A stretch of 64,000 nt of DNA from assembly GCA_040218735.1 (NCBI GenBank), contig JAVJQW010000007.1:192001-256000 (forward strand). The letters run 5' to 3'. Within the stretch, counting starts at the first letter, position 1; each line of letters opens with the position of its first letter. Source of the stretch: Deltaproteobacteria bacterium. Its GTDB lineage: Bacteria > Myxococcota > Kuafuiibacteriia > Kuafuiibacteriales > Kuafuiibacteriaceae. The notes beneath the pieces were generated by a model that made no database searches, was not told where the DNA came from, and saw only the letters and a program-made list of their open reading frames with translations. This document shows positions 19,663-28,124 of this stretch, piece by piece. The translations under genes and the position numbers were made by a program.

Positions 19663-21276
19663 TTACGGACGGAACATCCAGAAGTCGTAGTTACCGCTCC
19701 CGGAGTAGCTGGTGATCCGCCAGTAGTAGTACCCGGAGCCGCCCGAGTACGTGATCGACTCACTCGACGAAGCCGACAGCGACGACGCGACCGTGTACCA
19801 GCCGAAGCCGCCCCAGCGCATCAGACGCAGGTCGAAGTCCGTACCCGACGGTCCCTCGAGCCAGCCCTGGTGCGTGCCCGACGACGCGTAGAAGTAGTTG
19901 CCGTTCGGCTGCGCTTCCCAGTCACCCGAACCGGAGAGCGAGCCCGAGTAGGCCTCACAGCCCGAGCACGGCGCGCCCGGCGGCGGCGGCGGCGGCGGGG
20001 GAGGCGGCGGCGGGTTGGAGCCGTCGAAGATGCTGTAGAGCATCAGGTTCGGCGAGCCGGAGCCGACGTTCGAGAGGGTGTTGCTGATGCCGTTGTCGAT
20101 GATCGCGGCGGTGACCTGGCTCGGCGTGGCGCCGGGGTTGTCGTCCAGGTACAGCGCCGCGACGCCCGCCACGTGCGGCGACGCCATCGACGTGCCGCTG
20201 ATCGTGTTGGTCGCGCTGTTCGACGTGTACCAGGCCGCGGTGATGCTCGAGCCGGGCGCGAAGATGTCCACGCAGCTGCCGTAGTTCGAGAAGCTCGAAC
20301 GTGCGTCCGAGTTGGTCGTCGAACCGACGGTGATCGCGTCCGCAGCGCGCGCCGGCGACTGCGTGCACGCGTTGCTGTTGTCGTTGCCGGCGGCGACGAC
20401 GAACGTCACGCCCGCGGCGACCGCGCCGTTGACGGCGTTGTCGAGCGCGGTCGACGCGCTGCCGCCGAGCGACATGTTCGCGACGGCCGGGGACTGGTGG
20501 TTCGTCGCGACCCAGTCGACGCCGGCGATCACGCCGGAGTTCGAGCCGGAGCCGCTGCAGCTCAGCACGCGGACGCCGTGCAGCGTCACGTTCTTCGCGA
20601 CGCCGTAGGTGGTGCCGCCGACGGTCCCTGCGACGTGGGTGCCGTGCCCGTTGCAGTCGTTCGGGTTGCTGTCGTTGCTGACGAAGTCGTAGCCGTTGCC
20701 GACGCGACCGCTGAACTCGTTGTGGCTCGCGCGGATGCCGGTGTCGACGATGTACGCGTGCACGCCGGTGCCGTCGAAGTCGTAGTTGTAGTCACCGTCC
20801 AGCGGGAGGTCCGTCTGGTCGATGCGGTCGAGGCCCCAGGTTGCGCCGCTCTGCGTCGCCCCCAACGACACGATCGAGTCCTGCTCGACGAACGCGACGC
20901 CCGGCGTACGCACGAGCTCCTGCGCGACGTGCTCCGGCATCGTCGCTGCGAAGCCGCTCAGCGCCTTCTTGTAGACGTGATGCACTTCGACGCCGCTGCG
21001 CGCGCTGACCTTCTGGATGATGCGGTCCGCGTCGGCGCCGCTCCACGAGAAGACCACGATGTAGCGGTCCTGAATCGGGTTGTTCGCGCGGATGACGTCG
21101 AACGTCTTCACGTCGTCGAAGTCGCCCTCCTTCACGAGCGAGACGTCGACGGACCCGACTTCGTCGGGTGCGTTCCCTTCCTGCGGACCCTGGTCAACAG
21201 GTCCGCTACACGCCGCGAGCACCGCGCTACACGCGAGGCTCGTCCACCACCTGAGCTTCATCGACTTATCTGTCAC
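19663..21276 (-). CDS. S8 subtilase (aqualysin/proteinase K-like) lipoprotein with I9 propeptide and PPC-like C-terminal domain
   Basis: WGLDRIDQ, VDTG, HGTHVAG, AAGN, SGTSMASPHVAG; poly-Pro linker; lipobox LAAC. Start GTG 21276 or ATG 21261. Confidence 0.95.
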   Translation of the reverse strand: MTDKSMKLRWWTSLACSAVLAACSGPVDQGPQEGNAPDEVGSVDVSLVKEGDFDDVKTFDVIRANNPIQDRYIVVFSWSGADADRIIQKVSARSGVEVHHVYKKALSGFAATMPEHVAQELVRTPGVAFVEQDSIVSLGATQSGATWGLDRIDQTDLPLDGDYNYDFDGTGVHAYIVDTGIRASHNEFSGRVGNGYDFVSNDSNPNDCNGHGTHVAGTVGGTTYGVAKNVTLHGVRVLSCSGSGSNSGVIAGVDWVATNHQSPAVANMSLGGSASTALDNAVNGAVAAGVTFVVAAGNDNSNACTQSPARAADAITVGSTTNSDARSSFSNYGSCVDIFAPGSSITAAWYTSNSATNTISGTSMASPHVAGVAALYLDDNPGATPSQVTAAIIDNGISNTLSNVGSGSPNLMLYSIFDGSNPPPPPPPPPPPPGAPCSGCEAYSGSLSGSGDWEAQPNGNYFYASSGTHQGWLEGPSGTDFDLRLMRWGGFGWYTVASSLSASSSESITYSGGSGYYYWRITSYSGSGNYDFWMFRP

Positions 21277-21837
21277 TTCGTTCCCCTTGTCCCTTCGGTC
21301 ATTGGTCGTTGATGTGTGTTTCCCAATTCCCCCCAACGATGCGCGGCGCACTGTTGCTTGGGCCTAGGTGACGCGCGACTCGACGCTTGTCCGATGAGAG
21401 CGGATCCCGAAAGTCATGCGTCGCCAACACACGCTGCGTCGCTGGTGCCAGAACGTCCTTCCTTTCGGTTCGTGATACCAACCAGTTCGCGTGGCAGCGT
21501 GTTGCTGCACGCCGCGCAAGTTGACTTGCATCGTCGCGCGCACTTGCTTCCGCGATGATCGATTCGCGCGCGACGTCGAAAGAGCGCGCGGACGTTGTCA
21601 CCTGTTCATCGCCGTCGACGTGGTGAGCGCGTGTCTCAGCCGTTCTCGTTTTGGCCGGGACCCCGCCTGCGGCTGCGGCCTTGGAGGGCCGACGAAAAAA
21701 GATCGACGAAACCTCTCGGTTTTGAGGGTCTACCCGACATGTGAGCGCTCACAGGGGACAAAATTCGTCGTGAATCGGTTCTTCTGGGGCCCGACGATCA
21801 TAAATCCGGTCGTTCGCGGGAACGAAGGAGAAGAGGC

Positions 21838-22983
21838 ATGGCACCCATCGCATCGCTCGTCGTTCTGGCCGCGCTGAGCCAGACCCCGTCCGCCGACAGC
21901 GGCGATGCGTTGATCCTCGAGAGCATCCGCACTTCGACCGCCGTCGACAAACGCGACCTGGCCGACGTCGAGGTCTTCCTCGCGGAGCGCATCCGCGAGT
22001 CGTGGGGTGTCGAGGTGTCGAACACGCCGCCCATCACCGAGGGCGGGCGACACTTCTTCGTCACGCTGATGTGGCGCACGCCCGAGCTGGTGCTGCTTCG
22101 GGTCGCCGAGCGTGAGGCGACCCACGTCGAACGTGAGGTCGTGGTGGCGGACCCGACTTCGGGGCGCGCGATCCTTTGGCTCGCGATTCGCTCTTCGATC
22201 GAACGCGCGCTCGCCGCGATGCCGCCGGCGCCGACGGTCGAAGAGATGCTCGACGACATGGCGGAGGGCACCAAGGCACGCGAGGAGATCGCCGCGGCGA
22301 ACGCGGAGGCCGACGCCGCGCCCGAGCCGCCCGCACCGCCGGAGCCCCCGGCGACGCCTTCGAGCCCCGCCGGTCCGCCGCCGACGCCCACGACCGTGAC
22401 GCCGACCGCGACCGGCGACGTGATGGACCCCCGCCTGTACGAGAACTTCGCGACGATGTGGGCGAACCGTTCGCCGCCGTCGCCCGGTGCGATCACCGCG
22501 GCCGTCCTCGCGCGCGGCACCGTCGACGGCGGGCTGGGCTTCGGCCCCGCCGCGCAGCTGCAGTACACGTTCAACCGCTGGCTGACGGTCGGCGGCGAGC
22601 TCGCGTACTACAGCATTGATCGCGCGTTCCGGACGTCGCCGACGGCGAGCCTCGACGTGCACATCGCGCACGTCCCGCTCACCGCGATGGCGAGCATGCA
22701 GCCGCTGCTCGACGTCCCCCTCGAGCTCGGCGCGCGCGCGACGCTCGACCTGCAGCTCGTTACGGCCGACTCGACCTCCGCCGGCGTCCGCGTCCTGACG
22801 GGACCGTTCGCTCGGAGCTCGTTGCCGTTCTACGTCGGTGACTCGGACGGCGCGAGCTTCATTGCGGAGCTCAAGGCCGACTTCGCCGTGGTGCGCGGCG
22901 CGTACAACTTCGGTAACCAGCGGTTCGTCGATCCCTTCGTCAGCGTCGGCGCGGCGGTGGGTGTGGAGTATCGATGGCGTTGA
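21838..22983 (+). CDS. Secreted protein with Pro-rich linker and small C-terminal OM beta-barrel
   Basis: Signal peptide, SD-like AAGGAG/AGAGG upstream, amphipathic strands ending VGVEYRWR. Confidence 0.72.
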   Translation: MAPIASLVVLAALSQTPSADSGDALILESIRTSTAVDKRDLADVEVFLAERIRESWGVEVSNTPPITEGGRHFFVTLMWRTPELVLLRVAEREATHVEREVVVADPTSGRAILWLAIRSSIERALAAMPPAPTVEEMLDDMAEGTKAREEIAAANAEADAAPEPPAPPEPPATPSSPAGPPPTPTTVTPTATGDVMDPRLYENFATMWANRSPPSPGAITAAVLARGTVDGGLGFGPAAQLQYTFNRWLTVGGELAYYSIDRAFRTSPTASLDVHIAHVPLTAMASMQPLLDVPLELGARATLDLQLVTADSTSAGVRVLTGPFARSSLPFYVGDSDGASFIAELKADFAVVRGAYNFGNQRFVDPFVSVGAAVGVEYRWR

Positions 22984-23513
22984 AGCCCGACCAGGTCGTA
23001 CGCGACCATGCCGAGGACGTGGCGAAGCAGCTCCGCCGCATCTTCGGACCGAGCGCCGACATCGACGACGTCTTCCAGGCCGTCTTCGTCGAAGTGATCC
23101 GCTCGCTCGACAAGTTCCGCGGCAAGTCGAAGCTCAAGACTTGGATCCACCGCATCACGCTCAACGTCGCGTACCAGGAGATGCGGATGCAGTACCGCGA
23201 GCGCGAGGTGCGCTCGCACGCCGACCTCGAGCTGATCGCCTGCGGCGACGACGTCGAGAGCGGCTACGCGCAGAACGAGTCGCGCAAGAAGCTGTACCGC
23301 GGACTGCAGACGCTCGATCCCAAGAAGCGCATCGCGGTGATCCTCCACGACATCGAGGGCTACACACTCAAGGAGGTCGGCGAGTCCGTCGGCCGTCCGC
23401 TGCAGACCGTCGCTTCGCAGGTGAAGAGCGGCCGCGCCGAGCTCGCCGCGTGGTTCGAGCAGCAGGAGAAGGCGCGCGTCCCTTTGTCCTCGACCCGTGA
23501 GGTGACGCTGTGA
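22974..23513 (+). CDS. ECF RNA polymerase sigma factor
   Basis: DDVFQAVF, FRGKSKLKTWIHRITLN (region 2); LHDIEGYTLKEVG..VGRPLQTVAS (region 4). Confidence 0.93.
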   Translation: MALKPDQVVRDHAEDVAKQLRRIFGPSADIDDVFQAVFVEVIRSLDKFRGKSKLKTWIHRITLNVAYQEMRMQYREREVRSHADLELIACGDDVESGYAQNESRKKLYRGLQTLDPKKRIAVILHDIEGYTLKEVGESVGRPLQTVASQVKSGRAELAAWFEQQEKARVPLSSTREVTL

Positions 23514-24760
23514 CCGAGCGAGGCTGCCGCGGACCGCGCGCGATGCTCATGGAGTACGCGTTGGGCGAGCTCGACCCGTTGAAGTCGCAGCGGGTGGAGA
23601 CGCACGTCGAGCGCTGCGATGGGTGTCGCGCGCTCCTCGACGAATACTCCGCTTCGTTCGGTGCCGCGCGGGACTGGGACCCCGAAGTCCCGGCCGCGGA
23701 TCTCGACCGCATGGTGGGGCGGCTGCAGCCGTACATGGAGCCGCGTCCGCGTCGCGCCGTGTGGTGGGGCGCCGGGGTGGCCGCGATGGCGGCCGCCGCG
23801 GCCGTCGCGATGTTCGTGTTGAGGCCGGCCGAGGCGCCTGCGCCGGAGCCGTCGCCCGGCGTGCTCCAGGCGTCGCGGACGATGGAGGTGCCCGAGCTCC
23901 CGGCGCCGCCCGCGCCGCCGGTCGTCAAACGATCGCAACCCACCGAGCACCTGCGCGTCGTCGCGAGCGAGGACTGGAACGGTCGTGTGAAGCAGGAGAG
24001 CCCGAAGAAGACGCGCGTGAAGGTGACGCGCGGCTTCGCGGTGATGTCGTTCGAAGGCGGGCGCGGGCGGTCGCTGGAGATCGAGGCGCCGGAGGTCTCG
24101 ATCGAGGTGGTCGGGACGCGGTTCTACGTCGAGACCCACCCGGGCGAGGACACCGTGGTCGGCGTGGTGAGCGGCAAGATCAAGGTGCGGTCGCACGGTG
24201 AGGAGCGCACGCTCGAAGCCGGGCAGGCGCAGGCGTTCGGGGTGCACGGTCCGAAGCCGGCGGAGGAGATCGCTTCGACGGATCACCACGCGGACGACTT
24301 CCTCGACTACGAGCCGACGCCGCCACCGGCGAAGCCGAAGCCGACGAAGAAGGTCACGAAGCCGAAGCCGAAGCCCGCGCCCAAACCCGATCCCATGGCG
24401 TCGCTGTTGAAGGCGCAGTCGCTCGTCCGCGACGGCCGTCACGCGGCGGCGGCGGGCGTCTACACGGAGGCGCTCACGTACACGACCGGGGAGATGCAGA
24501 ACGTCGTGCGTTACGAACGCGCGCGGCTGTGGGCGCTCCACCTCGACAACGTCGACGCGGCGGAAAAGGAGCTCGCGGCGCTCGCGAGCGGGAAGGGCGA
24601 AGTCGCGGTGCAGGCGGCGCTCACGCTGTGTGAGCTCGACCGTGCGGCGTCGCCGTGCCGTTCGCGCGCGTGCCTCGAGGCGCTCTCCGATCGCGGGATC
24701 GACGAAGCGAAGAAGACTCTCCAGCGATGGGGTCTCGATCGTTTCGAGTGTGGATCATAA
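23510..24760 (+). CDS. Anti-sigma factor: zinc-binding HxxxCxxC domain, TM, FecR-like domain, TPR-like tail
   Basis: HVERCDGC, TM (WWGAGVAAMAAAAAVAMFVL), FecR-like VVGTRFYV...VGVVSGKIKV; GTGA overlap with the sigma gene. Confidence 0.85.
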   Translation: MTERGCRGPRAMLMEYALGELDPLKSQRVETHVERCDGCRALLDEYSASFGAARDWDPEVPAADLDRMVGRLQPYMEPRPRRAVWWGAGVAAMAAAAAVAMFVLRPAEAPAPEPSPGVLQASRTMEVPELPAPPAPPVVKRSQPTEHLRVVASEDWNGRVKQESPKKTRVKVTRGFAVMSFEGGRGRSLEIEAPEVSIEVVGTRFYVETHPGEDTVVGVVSGKIKVRSHGEERTLEAGQAQAFGVHGPKPAEEIASTDHHADDFLDYEPTPPPAKPKPTKKVTKPKPKPAPKPDPMASLLKAQSLVRDGRHAAAAGVYTEALTYTTGEMQNVVRYERARLWALHLDNVDAAEKELAALASGKGEVAVQAALTLCELDRAASPCRSRACLEALSDRGIDEAKKTLQRWGLDRFECGS

Positions 24761-24829
24761 AAAGACAACGCGGTCGCAACGAAGGGTGTCGAAAGGCGGA
24801 GCGACAGGCTCCGTAAGGAGACGACCCCC

Positions 24830-25588
24830 ATGCAGAACGCAATCCTTCGCACGCTCATCCTCCCCTGTGTCCTCGGCCTCCCGCTCGCGACCGGCTGTGT
24901 CGCCGAGTTCCACGACGGTCCCCACGACGACGACGAGTGGGACAGCTGGCAGGACGATCGCTTCGACGATCGTCAGAACCAGTGCCCGACCGACGAGACA
25001 CCGACCGAAGAGTGCCCGAACCCCGAGGACGGCTTCTTCCTTTCCAACGACACCGCGACGTGCCAGCTGATCGACTTCGACTGCCCGGCCGACCACACGA
25101 AGTTCAACCTCGCGTGTGGTTGCGGCTGTGAGATGGACGAGCCGCCGCAGGTGACGTGCCCGGCGATCGACGACCCGTCGGTCCTCTACGTGAGCCAGGA
25201 CGGCGCCGTGTGCGGCGCGATCGACTTCACGTGCCCGGCCGACAACGAGAAGTTCAGCCTCGCGTGTGGCTGTGGCTGCATCGCTCCGGAGCCGCCGGAG
25301 GTGACGTGCCCGTCCGACGACGACCCGCTGGTGATGTTCGTCAGCCGCGAGTCCAAGGTCTGCGAGGGCATCACGTTCACCTGCCCGGCCGACGCCGAGC
25401 AGTTCGTCCTCGACTGCGGTTGCGGCTGCATCGCCTCCGCGATGCCGACGCAGTGCCCCGACCCGAACGACGCCAACGTCCACTACCTCGGCACGGACCG
25501 CGAGACCTGCGACAAGATCTCGTTCACGTGCCCCGAGGAGTGCGTCCAGTTCGACGACAGCTGCGGCTGCGGCTGCATCGAGCCCTGA
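24830..25588 (+). CDS. Cysteine-rich repeat lipoprotein
   Basis: AAGGAG SD, lipobox ATGC, four 6-Cys repeats each ending CGCGC. Confidence 0.85.
   Translation: MQNAILRTLILPCVLGLPLATGCVAEFHDGPHDDDEWDSWQDDRFDDRQNQCPTDETPTEECPNPEDGFFLSNDTATCQLIDFDCPADHTKFNLACGCGCEMDEPPQVTCPAIDDPSVLYVSQDGAVCGAIDFTCPADNEKFSLACGCGCIAPEPPEVTCPSDDDPLVMFVSRESKVCEGITFTCPADAEQFVLDCGCGCIASAMPTQCPDPNDANVHYLGTDRETCDKISFTCPEECVQFDDSCGCGCIEP
25013..25576 (+). repeat. Four ~40-aa Cys repeats (CP..D.......C..I.F.CP.....F...CGCGC)
   Basis: Visible in both DNA (tgcccggccgac, tgtggctgc/tgcggctgc) and translation. Confidence 0.85.
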
Positions 25589-25605
25589 CCCAGCCGCTGA
25601 CGAAG

Positions 25606-27951
25606 TCAGCCCTGCTTCAGGTCCGGCCCCCGCGGCTTCGACATCAGGCGCCAAGTCACCCGGCCCAGCTCCAGCTTCCCCCACGACTGAATCGCCGCCA
25701 CCTCTCCGATCCGGCGCTGCGCATCACGGTCCTTCACCTCGACGATCACTTCGATGCGCCCGCGGGTCTTCGCGCCGATGAGGGCGTCGAAGAGCCGGTG
25801 ACGGCGCGCCTCGACGTCGACGACGACTTGGTCCTTGGCGATTCGCCAACGCTTCAGCTCGTCGCGCGTCGGACGGCGCGCGCCGGTGAGCTTCGCGAGG
25901 GTGGCGGGGACGAGCAGGATCATGCGCGTCCCCACGCCGAGGCGTGCGTGGAGGTCGAGGCGCATCCGTCGCGGGCGATCGAACGCGCCGCCGAACTCGA
26001 ACGGGAAGCGGAAGAAGCCGCCGCCTCCGCCGTCCATCGACGCGCTCAGGTCCGGGACGTTGAAGTTGCGCCATACGACGCCGTTCTTCCCGCGGACGAA
26101 GTCGACGTAGTCGTTCCACGTCGCGCCGGAGCCGAGCGCCGGTTCCTCCTCGCAGCGCGACCTCAGCGTCGCGACGAAGCAGTAGTGTCCGGGCCCCGGG
26201 ATCTGGCTCGCCGGCCACGTCACCGGTCCGAGGATGCGAGGGCCAGGGGCATCGACGTCCTCCGGGCCGACCTCGCCGATCGGCTTCCAGTTGCCCGGGT
26301 CGGGGAGCGTCGAGACCTCCGACCAGTAGATCTTACCGCGCACGTCGTACGCCGGCACCGTGCCGCGGTTGAACACCCGCAGGAACATGTGGTGGTCGAC
26401 GTTCGGATCCACCGACCCGCCGACGTATGCGTTCTCGTTGCCGCTCCCCGCGCCCCAGGACGCCTCCGGATCCACGGGCACCGAAGTCGCGTAGAGGATG
26501 TCGGGGCTCGACGACAGCGGACCCGAGTGCGCGATGCCGATGTCCGTCACGTTGTCCCGCGCGTACGCGTCGCCCAGCTCGTACGTCGGGAACTGGTTTG
26601 CGATGATCGCGCCGAGGTTCGGCTGCACGCCGATCTTCGGGAACGGCCACGCCGTGGAGCCGACCGCCGCCGTGTTGAGCGTCGGGTCGGACAGCAGCGT
26701 GCGAAGCTGCGACGGTGAGTACGGCACGCCGTCGAACGCCTTCTTGATCGACTGCAGCGCCACCGCGACGCCACCGATGATCGAAGACGCCGATGACGTC
26801 CCCTGGAACTCGGCGGTGTTCCAGGTCATGCCGTTGTGCGCCGACGCCTCGACGCCCAGCGCCCACGAGAACACCGTGACCCGCGCGCCGTAGTTGGAGT
26901 CCTGCCACTGATGGAGCGGCACGACGTCGAAGGTCGTCGGGTCGAGCCAACCCGAGCCGCCCACGATGATCGCCTTCGAGTCCGCGTGCCCCGCGGTCGG
27001 GTGCAGCACCGGCGCTCCGCCGAACGTGAGCCAGTCCAGATCGTCGCCCTCGTTGCCGGCCGCCTCCACGACGATGATCCCGAGCCCCGTCAGCGACACG
27101 ATCGCGGCGTAGACACTCGGGTCCATCTCCACCGGCCCACCGTTGATGACCAGCGCGAGCGGGATGACGACCACGTCGCCGGGTTGCAGCGTCGACGCCG
27201 CGGCGGTCATCGCGGCGACCATCGCCGACTCCGAGGTCACCGTCGCGGCGCGCGGGTTCGAGACCTGCGGAGCGACACCCACGGCGTAGCTGCCGTCGAC
27301 CTGCGCGAAGCCCGTCCCCGCGGCCTGCGTGCCGTGGTCGCCGCTGGTGGTTCCGGAGGTCGCGAACCCGGTGAGGAACGAGAAGTGTGACAGGTCCGGG
27401 TGTCCGCCTCCGGACTCCAGCCCCTGCCAACCGCCCGCGTCGAGGACGAGGCACTGCGCGCCTTCGCCCAGCCCGCCGGGGACACACCAGGCCGTGTACG
27501 CGTCCACGCCCGCGTCCGGCGCGGCCGGTTTGAGGTGCACCTGGTTCGCGAGGACGGTGTCCGAGAATGGTATCGGCAGCGCCGCCGGTTTCAGGCCCTC
27601 CTGCGCGAACGCCTGTGCGACCAAGGAGTCGTTGCGGATGACGTCGACGATGTCGTCGAGGTTGCGGTCGGTCGCGACGTCGAAGATCGCGTAGCGCGCG
27701 ACGCGCGTCGTGGCTTCGATGACGTCGAGGGGGGCGCCGGCGGCTTGGCGGGGCGACTGCCGTATGCGTTGGCGCGCGAGGTCGCGCATCGCCTTCACTT
27801 CGTCGCGGTTCTCGACCAGGAACGTTCCGCTCAGGACGCCGTACGGCTTCAGCTTCTGGACGAGGCGATCGATCACCTCCCGGAGCCCTTGCTCCTCGTT
27901 CGGGTCGTCCACCTCGCGCAGCAACGCGGCGACCGCCGTTCCCTTCACCAT
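25606..27951 (-). CDS. S8 family serine peptidase with C-terminal beta-sandwich extension
   Basis: VLDAG, DHGT, EAAGNE, FQGTSSAS; GGGGGAG SD; no clear signal peptide. Confidence 0.88.
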   Translation of the reverse strand: MVKGTAVAALLREVDDPNEEQGLREVIDRLVQKLKPYGVLSGTFLVENRDEVKAMRDLARQRIRQSPRQAAGAPLDVIEATTRVARYAIFDVATDRNLDDIVDVIRNDSLVAQAFAQEGLKPAALPIPFSDTVLANQVHLKPAAPDAGVDAYTAWCVPGGLGEGAQCLVLDAGGWQGLESGGGHPDLSHFSFLTGFATSGTTSGDHGTQAAGTGFAQVDGSYAVGVAPQVSNPRAATVTSESAMVAAMTAAASTLQPGDVVVIPLALVINGGPVEMDPSVYAAIVSLTGLGIIVVEAAGNEGDDLDWLTFGGAPVLHPTAGHADSKAIIVGGSGWLDPTTFDVVPLHQWQDSNYGARVTVFSWALGVEASAHNGMTWNTAEFQGTSSASSIIGGVAVALQSIKKAFDGVPYSPSQLRTLLSDPTLNTAAVGSTAWPFPKIGVQPNLGAIIANQFPTYELGDAYARDNVTDIGIAHSGPLSSSPDILYATSVPVDPEASWGAGSGNENAYVGGSVDPNVDHHMFLRVFNRGTVPAYDVRGKIYWSEVSTLPDPGNWKPIGEVGPEDVDAPGPRILGPVTWPASQIPGPGHYCFVATLRSRCEEEPALGSGATWNDYVDFVRGKNGVVWRNFNVPDLSASMDGGGGGFFRFPFEFGGAFDRPRRMRLDLHARLGVGTRMILLVPATLAKLTGARRPTRDELKRWRIAKDQVVVDVEARRHRLFDALIGAKTRGRIEVIVEVKDRDAQRRIGEVAAIQSWGKLELGRVTWRLMSKPRGPDLKQG

Positions 27952-28124
27952 CGCTCCCCCTCCGCGGACGAGGTTGTGGCGTCCGCGCGGCGCGGAGAAT
28001 ACGCGAGCCTCCCCGTGCGCGCAAAACGGTGAGCGACGCCCGAAGTACGCCGCGCGGGGCGAATTCTGCCTCGACCGATCGCCGGGTTTCGTTCGCGTCC
28101 CGCGCGCCGTAGCGTCCCGGCGTC

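Noticed and set aside
19978-20013. (GGC)n microsatellite as a phase-variation tract
   Set aside because: Triplet repeat encoding an in-frame poly-Pro linker; slippage would not shift the frame.
21389-21416. Hammerhead-ribozyme-like ccgatgag...cgaaa
   Set aside because: Core reads CCGA rather than CUGA, and stem II does not pair.
21492-21505. tggcagcgtgttgc as a sigma54 promoter
   Set aside because: GG-to-GC spacing is one base short of the strict requirement.
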